In this document: in pieces, positions 42,938 through 53,286 of the stretch
How the letters are laid out: every line of letters begins with the position of its first letter
How positions within the stretch are numbered: position 1 is the first letter of the stretch
NCBI GenBank assembly: GCA_963804645.1
Contig: CAWDRG010000006.1
Coordinates: 32,001-96,000 of the forward strand
DNA from: an uncultured Bacillota bacterium
Lineage (GTDB): Bacteria > Sysuimicrobiota > Sysuimicrobiia > Sysuimicrobiales > Segetimicrobiaceae
Direction: 5' to 3'
Length of the DNA: 64,000 nucleotides
Made by a program: the position numbers and the translations under genes
Notes under the pieces: model-generated
Databases searched by the model: none
The model's input: only the letters and a program-made list of their open reading frames with translations
Told to the model about the DNA's origin: nothing

Positions 42938-45397
42938 ATGTTTGAACGATTCACCGAACGTGCCCGCCGCGTGATCATCCTCGCCCAAGAGGAGGCGAAG
43001 CGACTCAACCACAGCGCGGTGGGGACCGAGCACATCCTCCTCGGGATCATTCGCGAAGGCGAAGGGGTCGCCAGCAAGGTGCTGGAGTCTTTGAACATCA
43101 ACCCCGAGCGCGTCCGGGCGGAGATCGAGAGTGCGATCGGCCGCGGGGAACGGACGCCGTACGAGGAAGTGGCGTTCACGCCTCGGGCGAAGAAGGTGCT
43201 GGAACTCGCGCTGGATGAGGCGCGGCGGCTTGGGCACAACTACATCGGCACCGAGCACCTCCTGCTCGGCCTGATCCGCGAGGGGGAGGGGGTCGCCGCC
43301 CGCGTGCTGGAAGCGATGGGCGCGGATCTCGAGCGCGTCCGCTCGCAGGTCGTGTACCTGCTCGGCGAAGAGGGGACGACGTCCTACACCAAGCAGGCGA
43401 GCAAGACCCCCACGCTCGACGAGTTCGGGCGCGACCTGACGAAGCACGCGCGCGACGGCAAGCTCGACCCCGTGATCGGGCGCGACCGTGAGATCGAGCG
43501 CGTGATCCAGGTGCTTTCCCGCCGCACCAAGAACAACCCGGCCCTGATCGGGGAGCCGGGCGTCGGCAAGACCGCGATCACCGAGGGCCTCGCGCAGCGG
43601 ATCGTCCGCGGCGACGTCCCCGAGGTGCTGCGGTCGAAGCGCGTGGTGCAGCTGGATCTGGCCGCGCTGGTCGCCGGCACGAAGTACCGCGGCGAGTTCG
43701 AAGAGCGCATGAAGAAAGTGATGGAGGAGATCCGCAAGGCGCAGGGCGAGGTCATCCTCTTCGTCGATGAGCTGCACACGCTCGTCGGCGCCGGCGCGGC
43801 GGAGGGCGCGATCGACGCGAGCAACATCCTCAAGCCGTCGCTGTCCCGCGGCGAGCTGCAGTGCATCGGCGCGACCACGCTCGACGAGTACCGGAAGTAT
43901 GTGGAGCGGGACGCCGCGCTCGAGCGGCGGTTTGCCCCGATCCTCGTCGCGGAGCCGACGGTGGAGCAGAGCATCGAGATTCTGCGCGGGCTCCGGGAGC
44001 GGTACGAGGCGCACCACGGCGTCAAGATCAGCGACGAGGCGCTCGTCGCGGCGGCGACGCTGGCCGACAAGTACATCTCGGACCGGTTCCTGCCGGACAA
44101 GGCGATCGACCTGATGGACGAGGCGTCGAGCAAGATCCGGCTGCAGGCGAGCTTCCTGCCGCAGGAAGTGCGTCAGGCGCTCGAAAAGGCCGACCGCGTC
44201 CGCCGCGAAAAGGAAGAGGCGATCAAGGGCCAGGACTTCGAGAAGGCCGCCAACCTCCGCGACAAGGAGAAGGTGCTGCGGCAGAAGCTCGAGGAGCTGG
44301 AGAGCTCCTGGAAGACGGACAAGGGACGCGACATCACGACCGTCACGGCCGACGACATCGCCGACATCGTGTCGAGCTGGACCGGCATTCCGGTGATGCG
44401 CCTCGTCGAGGAAGAGACCGAGAAGCTCCTCCGCATGGAAGATTCGCTCCACGGGCGGATCGTCGGGCAGGAGGAGGCGGTGCGGGCGGTGTCCCGCGCG
44501 GTGCGCCGGGCGCGGGCCGGGCTCAAAGACGCGCGCCGTCCGATCGGGTCGTTCATCTTCCTCGGACCGACGGGCGTCGGGAAGACGGAGCTGACGCTCG
44601 CGCTCGCGGAGTTCCTGTTCGGGGACGAGGGCGCGGTGATCCGGATCGACATGTCGGAGTACACCGAGCGGCACACGGTGTCGCGGCTCGTCGGCGCGCC
44701 CCCGGGGTACGTCGGGTACGAGGAGGGCGGCCAGCTCACCGAGCAGGTCCGCCGCCGTCCGTATTCGGTGGTGCTGCTGGACGAGATCGAGAAGGCGCAC
44801 CCGGAGATCTTCAACGTGCTCCTCCAGATCCTGGAGGACGGCCGGCTCACGGACGCCCAGGGCCGGACCGTCGACTTCAAGAACTGTGTCGTGATCATGA
44901 CCAGCAACGTCGGCGCGCCGCAGATCCAGCGGGACAGCGGGTTCGGGTTCCGCGGCCCTGACAACGAGGCGGCCGAGGCGCAGCGGACGTACGACCGGAT
45001 GAAGTCGCACGTGATGGACGAGCTGCGCCGGACGTTCCGGCCGGAGTTCCTGAACCGCGTGGACGAGATCATCGTGTTCCGGTCGCTCACGCGCGAGCAG
45101 ATCTCCGCGATCGTCGACATTCTGATGGAGCGGGTGCGCCGCGAGATCCGCGGGCAGGGCATGGGGCTCGTGCTGACCCAGGCCGCGCGCGACCTGCTCG
45201 CGGTCGAAGGCTTCGATCCGCAGTACGGGGCACGCCCCCTGCGGCGCGCGATCCAACGGCTCGTCGAGGATCCGCTGTCGGACGACATGCTGCGCGGGAA
45301 GTTCAGTGCCGGCGACGAGATCATCCTGGACGCGCGCGACGGACGCGTGGTGTTCGAGAAGAAGCGGGAGCCCGTGCCCGCCGATACGGTGTCGTAG
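42938..45397 (+). CDS. clpC: Clp protease ATP-binding subunit ClpC
   Basis: MFERFTERA, two Clp_N repeats, [19 protein letters not shown] coiled coil. Confidence 0.98.
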   Translation: MFERFTERARRVIILAQEEAKRLNHSAVGTEHILLGIIREGEGVASKVLESLNINPERVRAEIESAIGRGERTPYEEVAFTPRAKKVLELALDEARRLGHNYIGTEHLLLGLIREGEGVAARVLEAMGADLERVRSQVVYLLGEEGTTSYTKQASKTPTLDEFGRDLTKHARDGKLDPVIGRDREIERVIQVLSRRTKNNPALIGEPGVGKTAITEGLAQRIVRGDVPEVLRSKRVVQLDLAALVAGTKYRGEFEERMKKVMEEIRKAQGEVILFVDELHTLVGAGAAEGAIDASNILKPSLSRGELQCIGATTLDEYRKYVERDAALERRFAPILVAEPTVEQSIEILRGLRERYEAHHGVKISDEALVAAATLADKYISDRFLPDKAIDLMDEASSKIRLQASFLPQEVRQALEKADRVRREKEEAIKGQDFEKAANLRDKEKVLRQKLEELESSWKTDKGRDITTVTADDIADIVSSWTGIPVMRLVEEETEKLLRMEDSLHGRIVGQEEAVRAVSRAVRRARAGLKDARRPIGSFIFLGPTGVGKTELTLALAEFLFGDEGAVIRIDMSEYTERHTVSRLVGAPPGYVGYEEGGQLTEQVRRRPYSVVLLDEIEKAHPEIFNVLLQILEDGRLTDAQGRTVDFKNCVVIMTSNVGAPQIQRDSGFGFRGPDNEAAEAQRTYDRMKSHVMDELRRTFRPEFLNRVDEIIVFRSLTREQISAIVDILMERVRREIRGQGMGLVLTQAARDLLAVEGFDPQYGARPLRRAIQRLVEDPLSDDMLRGKFSAGDEIILDARDGRVVFEKKREPVPADTVS

Positions 45398-45488
45398 CGA
45401 GACGGACGCACGCAGCAGCGTGGCGACGGCCCGGGCGATCCGCCCGGGCCGTCGCCCGTACTCGGGACGGACGCGGAGGGAGCGCGCA

Positions 45489-46886
45489 GTGGCGAAGACC
45501 GGAAGCGAGGCGGGATCGCGGCGGGTCGTCTACGTGTGCCAGGCGTGCGGGTACGAGTCGTCCAAGTGGCTCGGCCGCTGTCCAAACTGTGCGGGATGGA
45601 ACACGCTCGTGGAAGAGGTCCTCGCCGGCGCCCCTCGGGGCGGCGGCGCCCGGGCGCGCCCCGCGGCCGCCGGGCGGACGGCGCCGGCGACCCCGATTAC
45701 CGAGGTCGCGCTCGGGGACGAGCCGCGCGTGCCGGTGGAGATCGGCGAGGTGGACCGCGTGCTCGGGGGCGGGCTCGTGCCCGGCTCGCTGGTGCTGATC
45801 GGCGGCGATCCCGGCGTCGGGAAGTCCACGCTCGCGCTGGCGATCGCCCACCGGATCGCCGAGTCGCGTACCGTGCTGTACATCTCGGGCGAGGAGTCGG
45901 CGCGTCAGACGAAGATGCGGGCGGCGCGCCTCGGGGTCGACGCGCCGCGCCTGCTGGTGCTCGCCGAGACCGATCTCGCGCAGATGATCGCCCAGATCGA
46001 CGCGGCGCAGCCCGCGCTCGTCGTGGTCGATTCGATCCAGACGATGTACCGCCCGGACCTGCCCGGTGCGCCCGGCAGCGTCGGGCAGATCCGGGAGTGC
46101 ACCGGCGACCTGCTGCGCGTCGCGAAGGCCGAGGGCGGTCCGGCGATCCTGATCGTCGGGCACGTCACCAAGGACGGAGCGATCGCGGGGCCGCGCGTGC
46201 TGGAGCACATGGTGGACACGGTGCTGTACTTCGAGGGGGAGCGGCACCACGCGTACCGCGTGCTGCGCGCGACGAAGAACCGGTTCGGCTCGACGAACGA
46301 GATCGGCGTGTTCTCGATGGGCGGGCGCGGCCTCGTGCCCGTCCCGGATCCGTCGGCGCTGTTTCTGGCCGAGCGGCCGGCGGACGCCTCGGGCTCCGCG
46401 GTCGTGTGTGCGATCGAGGGCACCCGGCCGATCTTGCTCGAGGTGCAGGCGCTCGTCACGCGCACGCCGTTCGGGATGCCGCGCCGCACCGCCTCGGGCG
46501 TGGACTACAACCGCGTGCTGCTGCTGCTCGCGGTGCTCGAGAAGCGCGCCGGGCTCCACCTCGGCGCGTGCGACGTGTACGTCAGCGTGGCCGGAGGCGT
46601 GCGGGCCGACGAGCCCGCGGTCGACCTGGGCGTGGCGTGCGCCGTCGCCGGCAGCCACCGGGACCGTCCCGTCGATGCGCAGACCGCGGTCGTCGGAGAG
46701 GTCGGGCTCGGCGGCGAGGTGCGCGCGGTGAGCCAGATCGGGCGGCGCGTCGCCGAGGCGGCGAAGCTCGGGTTCCGGCGGGTCGTGGTGCCGCGGGCGA
46801 ATCTCGGGGGGCTGGACGAGACGTCCGGGATCGAGCTGGTGGGCGTGGAGCGCATCGGCGAGGCCCTCGACCTGCTCCTCGCCTGA
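45489..46886 (+). CDS. radA: DNA repair protein RadA/Sms
   Basis: CQACG...CPNC zinc finger, GDPGVGKST, KNRFG. Confidence 0.97.
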   Translation: MAKTGSEAGSRRVVYVCQACGYESSKWLGRCPNCAGWNTLVEEVLAGAPRGGGARARPAAAGRTAPATPITEVALGDEPRVPVEIGEVDRVLGGGLVPGSLVLIGGDPGVGKSTLALAIAHRIAESRTVLYISGEESARQTKMRAARLGVDAPRLLVLAETDLAQMIAQIDAAQPALVVVDSIQTMYRPDLPGAPGSVGQIRECTGDLLRVAKAEGGPAILIVGHVTKDGAIAGPRVLEHMVDTVLYFEGERHHAYRVLRATKNRFGSTNEIGVFSMGGRGLVPVPDPSALFLAERPADASGSAVVCAIEGTRPILLEVQALVTRTPFGMPRRTASGVDYNRVLLLLAVLEKRAGLHLGACDVYVSVAGGVRADEPAVDLGVACAVAGSHRDRPVDAQTAVVGEVGLGGEVRAVSQIGRRVAEAAKLGFRRVVVPRANLGGLDETSGIELVGVERIGEALDLLLA

Positions 46887-46902
46887 GCCGGGCGGCCGAA
46901 CG

Positions 46903-47295
46903 CTACTTCAGGTTGAAGATGCCGAGGCTCTTGATCCGGCTGTGCTCCTTCTTTTGGATCGTGTCGAGATCGAGGTTGAGGACGCTGCACAGCGCGGCGG
47001 TGTAGAACAGCGCGGAGCCGATCTCGGTCTCGACCGCCTCGCGGCAGCGCTCGCACAGGGTCCCCCCGACATGGTTGTCGAGATGGGCGCGGATCTCGGC
47101 GAGGCTGATCTCGGTCGGAAACTGCTGCTTCGCGGCGGTCACCGTGACGCAGCCGCAGCTGGTGACGGCCTTGCTGAAGGCGCGGTTGGTGCGGGCGGTG
47201 GCTTCCTGCAACTTGCTGAGGACGTCGAGGACGCTGCGGTGGCGGATCAGATACTCATCGACTTGGTCCTGAAAGCGCGCCCTGGTCTCTTTCAT
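46903..47295 (-). CDS. Conserved hypothetical protein with Cys motifs (MazG-like helical fold possible)
   Basis: IRHRSVLDVLSK, KAVTSCGC, LCERCRE; AAGGGA RBS and TATAAT upstream on minus strand. Confidence 0.7.
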   Translation of the reverse strand: MKETRARFQDQVDEYLIRHRSVLDVLSKLQEATARTNRAFSKAVTSCGCVTVTAAKQQFPTEISLAEIRAHLDNHVGGTLCERCREAVETEIGSALFYTAALCSVLNLDLDTIQKKEHSRIKSLGIFNLK

Positions 47296-47482
47296 CGGTC
47301 ACGTCCCTTCTCGGATGAACGGCCCCATTATAGAAATGCCGCCGCATCAGTGTCAAGGTGAGGATCGACGCCTTCCGGCGCGCGCGCGCGTGCGGTATGC
47401 TGAGGGCAGGCGTAGGCCGGCGCGGCGTCACGCCCCGCGCGACTCGGCGGGGCGGCGCGTTCGGCCGTGGAGGTGATCGCTC

Positions 47483-48229
47483 GTGAGCCAGCAGGAAGAG
47501 GGCCGCGCTCGTTCGGAGACGGCGGTGCTGCCGGCATTTCGCGGAGATCCCGACGATCTCGCGGCACGGATCGAGCACACGCTCCTGCGTCCGGAGAGTA
47601 CGTTGCAGGACGTCGACGCCGCAGCGCAGCAGGCCCGCGCGTGGAGGGTGCGCGCGCTCGTGGTGAAGCCGTGTTACGTGGGTGCCGCCGCGGCCCTGCT
47701 CCGGGGGACCGAGATTCGTCCCGTGACCGTCATCGGATTCCCGCACGGCGGACAGACGCCGGAGGTGAAGGCCTACGAGGCCCGCGACGCCGTCGCGCGC
47801 GGGGCGGCGGAGGTCGACATGGTCATCAACGTCGGGGCTCTGCGCGCGGGGCGCGCCGATCTCGTCTCGGACGAGATGCGCGCGGTGGCCGAGGCGGCGG
47901 CCGGGCATCCGCTGAAGGTGATCATCGAGACGGCGTACTTGACCGACGCCGAGAAGGCGCTCGCCGCGGAACTCGCGGCGCGCGCGGGCGCGGCGTACGT
48001 CAAGACGAGCACGGGGTTCGCCCCGACGGGCGCCGCGGTCGCGGACATCGTCCTCATCCGCCGGGTCGTCGGTCGCGCGCTCGGGATCAAGGCGTCGGGC
48101 GGGATTCGCACCTACGCCGAGGCCCGGGCCCTGCTCGAGGCCGGGGCGGATCTCCTCGGGGTGAGCCAGACCGCCGCGATCCTCGCGGGGGCCGCGGGCG
48201 ACGGCCCGACGGCTCGAGTTCGGGGGTAG
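47483..48229 (+). CDS. deoC: Deoxyribose-phosphate aldolase
   Basis: EHTLL, VIGFPHG, EVDMVIN, LKVIIET, VKTSTGF, IKASGGIRT. Confidence 0.95.
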   Translation: MSQQEEGRARSETAVLPAFRGDPDDLAARIEHTLLRPESTLQDVDAAAQQARAWRVRALVVKPCYVGAAAALLRGTEIRPVTVIGFPHGGQTPEVKAYEARDAVARGAAEVDMVINVGALRAGRADLVSDEMRAVAEAAAGHPLKVIIETAYLTDAEKALAAELAARAGAAYVKTSTGFAPTGAAVADIVLIRRVVGRALGIKASGGIRTYAEARALLEAGADLLGVSQTAAILAGAAGDGPTARVRG

Positions 48230-48394
48230 CGCGGTCCCGGGCGCGGCGTCGATCACGACCCGCGTGTTATAATTGGGGTCGTGCAGCTCATCCTCGCGGT
48301 GGTACTGGCCTCAGATCTCGCAGGATTCCGTTGATATGATCGAACGGCGCAAGTGCGTCGGCGGGTCGACGCCGGGGCGGTGGGGGTGCGGGCC

Positions 48395-49591
48395 GTGACG
48401 ATTCCCCACGGTCCCGTCGGGGTCATCGTGCCGGCCGCCGGCCGCGGTGAGCGCCTGCGGGGCGAGCTCCCGAAGTCCCTCGCGCCGCTCGACGGCCGCC
48501 CCCTCGTACAGTACGCTCTCGAGACGCTCGCCGGGGTCGACGAGGTGCAGACGATCGTGGTGGTCGCGCCCGCCGACTATCTGGAGTCGGTGCGCGAGCT
48601 CACCGTCCGCGCGCGGCTCGAGAAGATCGCGGCCGTCGTCCCGGGCGGCGCCGACCGCCAGGCGTCGGTCGCGCTCGGCCTCGCGGTGCTGCCGCCGGCC
48701 GTCCAGCTGGTGCTGGTGCACGACGGTGCTCGTCCGTGCGTGAGCGCGTCGCTGATCCGGGCGGTCGCGGCCGCCGCGGCGCGAGACGGCGCCGCCACCG
48801 CGGCGGTGCCGGTCGAAGAGACGATCAAGGCGGGCCGGGACGGGTGGGTTGCGCGCACGCTCGATCGCTCCGAACTTTACCGCATTCAGACGCCGCAGGG
48901 ATTTCACCGGGCCCTCCTGGCGCGCGCGCACCGCGACGCCGAGCGCACCGGCTTTCACGGGACGGACGACGCGGCGCTCGTGGAGCGCCTCGGGCATCCG
49001 GTCCGGCTTGTGCCCGGGGAGGCGTCAAATTTGAAGGTGACCGTGCCCGCGGATCTTGAGGTGGCGGAGGCCCTGCTGCGGCGCCCGGGTCCGCCGCTCC
49101 GCGTGGGGCTCGGGTTTGACACGCACCGGTTTGTCGACGGGCGCCCGCTGATCCTTGGGGGCGTCGAGATCCCGCACCCGCGCGGGCTCGCCGGCTGGTC
49201 GGACGCCGACGTCGTGCTGCACGCGATCATGGACGCGCTGCTCGGCGCGGCCGGCTGCGCCGACATCGGCCATCAGTTTCCGCCGGGCGATCCGGCGTAC
49301 GCGGGGGCGCGCAGCCTCGACCTGCTCGCGCGGGTCCGCGCGCTCTTGACCGAGCATCGGTGGCGGGCCGCGCAGGTCGACGCCGTCGTCATGGCCGAGG
49401 CGCCTCGGCTCGCGCCGTACATCGGGGCGATGCGCGACGCGATCGCGGGCGTGCTGGGCCTGCCGTCTGACGCGGTCAACGTCAAGGCGACGACGCTGGA
49501 GGGGATGGGCGCGTTGGGCCGCGAAGAGGGGATCGCCGCGCAGGCGGTCGCGACGCTCGAGGCGCTGCGTCCGGGCGGGGCCTCCCGGTGA
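48395..49591 (+). CDS. ispDF: Bifunctional IspD/IspF
   Basis: PAAGRGERL, VHDGARP, IQTPQGF, TDDA; RVGLGFDTH, SDADVVLHA, NVKATT. Confidence 0.95.
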   Translation: MTIPHGPVGVIVPAAGRGERLRGELPKSLAPLDGRPLVQYALETLAGVDEVQTIVVVAPADYLESVRELTVRARLEKIAAVVPGGADRQASVALGLAVLPPAVQLVLVHDGARPCVSASLIRAVAAAAARDGAATAAVPVEETIKAGRDGWVARTLDRSELYRIQTPQGFHRALLARAHRDAERTGFHGTDDAALVERLGHPVRLVPGEASNLKVTVPADLEVAEALLRRPGPPLRVGLGFDTHRFVDGRPLILGGVEIPHPRGLAGWSDADVVLHAIMDALLGAAGCADIGHQFPPGDPAYAGARSLDLLARVRALLTEHRWRAAQVDAVVMAEAPRLAPYIGAMRDAIAGVLGLPSDAVNVKATTLEGMGALGREEGIAAQAVATLEALRPGGASR

Positions 49592-49962
49592 CGCCCGAGG
49601 CACGGTCCGACCGCGGCGCGTCCGCGCGCGCGGGCGTCCCGCGCGGGCGGGCCGCGCGGGACGCGTATCTGCTGCTCATCGAGCGCCGGGTGGTGTGCGA
49701 ACCCGTGGCGGTCGAGCTCGAGGCGGGCGGCGGGCGGCCGCGCCCGGTCGGATTCTGGCGCGGGACCACGTTTCACCGGGTGATCCGCGTGCTGGAGCGG
49801 CGGACGGAGATCGGCACGGCGTACATGCGGTTGCTGACGGACCGCGGCTGCTGCGACCTGCGGCGCGTGACCACCGTGGACCCCTGGACGTGGCGGTCCG
49901 AGAGCCGGTGGGAGCTGATCGCCGAGCTCACCGCGATGCCGCTCGCCCGGCACGCGCAGTAA
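49588..49962 (+). CDS. Hypothetical protein
   Basis: GTGA overlap with ispDF; fills the gap before cysS; P..F.WRG..F.V pattern. Confidence 0.55.
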   Translation: MTPEARSDRGASARAGVPRGRAARDAYLLLIERRVVCEPVAVELEAGGGRPRPVGFWRGTTFHRVIRVLERRTEIGTAYMRLLTDRGCCDLRRVTTVDPWTWRSESRWELIAELTAMPLARHAQ

Positions 49963-49976
49963 GCGGGGAGGCTGCG

Positions 49977-51596
49977 ATGGCGCTTCGGGTCCACAACACG
50001 CTGAGCCGCCGGACCGAGGAGTTCGTCCCCCTGGTGCCCGGCCGGGTCACGATGTACGTCTGCGGGCCGAACCTCTACGGCCCGTCGCACGTCGGGCACG
50101 CGATGTCGTACCTGACCTTCGACATCATCCACCGCTACCTCGAATACCGCGGGTACCGCGTGACCCACGTCCAGAACTTCACCGACATCGAGGACCGCAT
50201 CATCGAGACCGCGCGGGCGGAAGGCACGACGATCCAGGCGCTCGCGGCGCGCTACGCCGAGCGGTTCCTCCGCGAGATGGACGGGCTCGGGGTGCGGCGG
50301 GCGGACCACTATCCCCGCGCGACCGAGACGATCCCGAAGATGATCGAGATCATCCAGGGGCTCGAGCGGAAGGGGCTCGCGTACGCCGTGGACGGAGATG
50401 TGTTCTTCCGCGTCACGGCGTTCCCGACGTACGGGCAACTGTCCGGCCGGACGCTCGACGAGATGCAGGCGGGTGCGCGGATCGAGGTCGATCCGCGCAA
50501 GGAGCATCCGATGGACTTCGTGCTGTGGAAGGCCGCGAAGCCCGACGAGCCGCAGTGGGACAGCCCCTGGGGCCGGGGCCGGCCGGGCTGGCACATCGAG
50601 TGCTCGGCGATGTCGATCTCGCTGCTCGGCGAGCAACTCGACATCCACGGCGGCGGCCAGGACGTGGTGTTCCCGCACCACGAGAACGAGGTGGCCCAGT
50701 CGGAGGGCTACACCGGGAAGCGGCCGTTCGTCCGCTACTGGGTGCACAACGGTCTCCTGCGGCTCACCGCGGGCGAAGAGAAGATGACCCGCCACCTGGG
50801 CAACATCGTGACGATCCGGGAGGCGCTCGCGCGGTTTCATCCCGACACGATCCGCGTCTTCGTCTTGTCCTCGCAGTATCGCAGTCCCGCCACCTGGAGC
50901 GACGACGCGCTCGACGCGGCGGCGCGCGGCGCCGAGCGCCTCCGGACCGCCCTCGAGAACCTCGACGCGCTACTGGCCGCCGCGCCCGGCGAGACGCGCC
51001 GCGGCGGCGCCCCCGAACTGGAGCGGGCGACCGCGGACCTCGAGCCGCTGCTCGGGGCCGGTCCCGCGGGGATCCGGACGCGGTTCGACGCGTCGATGGA
51101 CGACGACTTCGGCGGTCCGGGGGCGCTCGCGGCGCTGTTCGATCTCGCGAGTGCGCTCAACCGCGTCGTCGACGCCGCCTCGAAGCGCCGCGGGGCGCTC
51201 GCCGGCGAGCGCCGGGAGGTCCTGGCGCGCGGGGCGGTGCTCCTGCGGGAGCTCGGCGGCGTGCTCGGCCTCAAGCTCGTCGCGGTGATCACGCCGGCGC
51301 AGGTGGCGGGGCTCCGCCGGCTGGCGCGCGAGCTGGCCGCCGAGCGGCCGGATCTGTTCGATCCCGCGCGGCTCCCCGCGGACGCGGCGGCGGCCGACGA
51401 CGGCGCCGCGCGCGAGGACGGGGCGCCGCCCGACGCGTCGTCGCTGGCGCCGCTCGTGGAGCTGATCGCGGACGGCCGGGCGCAGGCCCGGCGCGCGAAG
51501 GATTGGGCCACCGGCGACCGCGTGCGCGCGCGCCTGGCGGAGCTCGGCGTGCTGCTCGAGGACTCGCCGAGCGGCGTCACCTGGAGGCTGCGCTGA
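49977..51596 (+). CDS. cysS: Cysteine--tRNA ligase
   Basis: MYVCGP, HVGH, PGWHIECSAMS, DIHGGG.D..FPHHENE. Confidence 0.96.
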   Translation: MALRVHNTLSRRTEEFVPLVPGRVTMYVCGPNLYGPSHVGHAMSYLTFDIIHRYLEYRGYRVTHVQNFTDIEDRIIETARAEGTTIQALAARYAERFLREMDGLGVRRADHYPRATETIPKMIEIIQGLERKGLAYAVDGDVFFRVTAFPTYGQLSGRTLDEMQAGARIEVDPRKEHPMDFVLWKAAKPDEPQWDSPWGRGRPGWHIECSAMSISLLGEQLDIHGGGQDVVFPHHENEVAQSEGYTGKRPFVRYWVHNGLLRLTAGEEKMTRHLGNIVTIREALARFHPDTIRVFVLSSQYRSPATWSDDALDAAARGAERLRTALENLDALLAAAPGETRRGGAPELERATADLEPLLGAGPAGIRTRFDASMDDDFGGPGALAALFDLASALNRVVDAASKRRGALAGERREVLARGAVLLRELGGVLGLKLVAVITPAQVAGLRRLARELAAERPDLFDPARLPADAAAADDGAAREDGAPPDASSLAPLVELIADGRAQARRAKDWATGDRVRARLAELGVLLEDSPSGVTWRLR

Positions 51597-52414
51597 CGCG
51601 CGAGCCGGACGACCGCACCGTGGTGCTCGGCCGCCGGGCCGTGCTCGAGGCGGTGCGGGCGGGACAGCGGATCGCCCGTGTGCTCCTCTCCCGGGGTGCG
51701 CACGTGCACGGGCCGCTGGAAGAGATCGCGCGCGAGGCGCGGGTGCGCGGGATCCCGGTCGAGACGGTCGACCCGCGCCGGCTCGACGCGCTCGGCGGGG
51801 GCGTCCCGCACCAGGGCGTCGTCGCGATCGCCCAGGCCCAACCCCTCGTCACGCTCGATGCGCTGCGCAGCATGCTGCGCGCGCGCCGCGAGGCGCCGTT
51901 TCTGATCGCGCTCGACGGGGTCGAGGATCCGCGCAACCTCGGCGCGGTGATCCGGACGGCCGAGGCCGCGGGCGCGCACGGGGTGATCATCCCGCACCGC
52001 CGCGCCGCAGGGCTCGGGCCCACGGTCGTGCGTGCGGCGGCCGGCGCGACGGCGTACCTGCCGATCGTGGGCGTCACGAATCTCGTCGCGGCGCTCGAGC
52101 GGCTCAAGTCCGACGGCGTGTGGGTGATCGGCGCGGACGCGGGCGCCTCCGAGCGGTACGACGCGGGCGCGCTCGTCCCGCCGGTCGCGCTGGTCGTGGG
52201 CGGCGAGGGCCGCGGACTGCACCGCCTCGTGCGGGAGCGCTGTGATCGGATCGTGAGCATTCCGCTGTGGGGCCGCGTGGCATCGCTCAACGTGTCCGTC
52301 GCCGCAGCACTCCTCTTGTACGAGGTGGCGCGGCGCCGCGAGGCGGCCGGCGCGGCGGGCCCGACGCCCGTGCGCGCTCCCGGCGCGCGCAAAGCCAGTA
52401 TTGACTTGGCCTAG
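51593..52414 (+). CDS. rlmB: 23S rRNA Gm2251 methyltransferase (start uncertain, possibly CTG)
   Basis: HQGVVA, DGVEDPRNLGAVIR, GGEGRGL, SLNVSVAA. Confidence 0.93.
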   Translation: MTREPDDRTVVLGRRAVLEAVRAGQRIARVLLSRGAHVHGPLEEIAREARVRGIPVETVDPRRLDALGGGVPHQGVVAIAQAQPLVTLDALRSMLRARREAPFLIALDGVEDPRNLGAVIRTAEAAGAHGVIIPHRRAAGLGPTVVRAAAGATAYLPIVGVTNLVAALERLKSDGVWVIGADAGASERYDAGALVPPVALVVGGEGRGLHRLVRERCDRIVSIPLWGRVASLNVSVAAALLLYEVARRREAAGAAGPTPVRAPGARKASIDLA

Positions 52415-52429
52415 AGGCGTTCGTATAAT
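52401..52429 (+). promoter_or_regulatory. sigH sigma70-type promoter
   Basis: TTGACT, 17 bp, TATAAT. Confidence 0.8.
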
Positions 52430-52569
52430 ACGCATGACGCGAAGACAGCCGCAAGCGGCGCCTAGAGGGCGGTCCAGGTTTCCGCAACCAAGTTCGAGCG
52501 ATCCGAGCAGGGCGTGGTGGGTCGCGGTACGACATCGACAGGGCGAGCCCCGGGGCGGAGGCGACAGGC

Positions 52570-53214
52570 GTGGTAGTTGCGCGTAGGCCGGTGGTGGTTC
52601 AATCGTACCAGGAAATGGGTGACGAACAGATCGTCGACTGCGCCAAGAGTGGAGATGAGTTCGCCGCAGAGTTCTTGATCAACAAATACAGGAATTTCGT
52701 CCGCGTCAAAGCCAAGGCGTACTTCCTCATCGGGGCCGACCGCGAAGATATCATTCAAGAAGGGATGATCGGCCTCTACAAGGCGATCCGCGACTTCCGG
52801 CGGGAGAAGCTGTCGTCCTTCCGCGCGTTCGCCGAGCTGTGTATCACCCGCCAGATCATCACCGCGATCAAGACCGCCACCCGACAGAAGCACATCCCGC
52901 TCAACTCGTACATCTCGCTCAACAAGCCGATCTATGACGAGGACTCCGACCGGACGCTGCTCGATGTGATCAGCAGCATCAAGGTGTCGGACCCCGAGGA
53001 GCTGGTGATCAATCAGGAAGCCTCCCAGACCATGCGGGAGCGCATCCGGAAGAACCTGAGCGACCTCGAATGCCGCGTGCTGACCGCCTACCTGGAGGGG
53101 AAGTCGTACCAGGAGATGGCGACCGAGCTGCACCGCCACGTGAAGTCGATCGACAACGCACTGCAGCGCGTGAAGCGGAAGCTCGAGCGGAACCTCGAGG
53201 GCGAGGAAGAGTAG
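52570..53214 (+). CDS. sigH: RNA polymerase sigma-H (Spo0H-type) factor
   Basis: YFLIGADREDIIQEGMIGLYKAIRDF, TATRQKHIPLNSYISL, KSIDNALQRVKRK. Confidence 0.95.
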   Translation: MVVARRPVVVQSYQEMGDEQIVDCAKSGDEFAAEFLINKYRNFVRVKAKAYFLIGADREDIIQEGMIGLYKAIRDFRREKLSSFRAFAELCITRQIITAIKTATRQKHIPLNSYISLNKPIYDEDSDRTLLDVISSIKVSDPEELVINQEASQTMRERIRKNLSDLECRVLTAYLEGKSYQEMATELHRHVKSIDNALQRVKRKLERNLEGEEE

Positions 53215-53286
53215 CGCCACTCGCGCGAAGACCACAGACCCGGGGGGCCGCGACGCGGCCCCCCGGCGCGTTTCACGCGGATCGCG

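Noticed and set aside
42536..45256. Very long antisense or alternate-frame ORFs (e.g. 906 aa opposite clpC)
   Set aside because: Shadow ORFs expected at this GC content; Arg/Ala/Pro-rich with no recognisable motifs.
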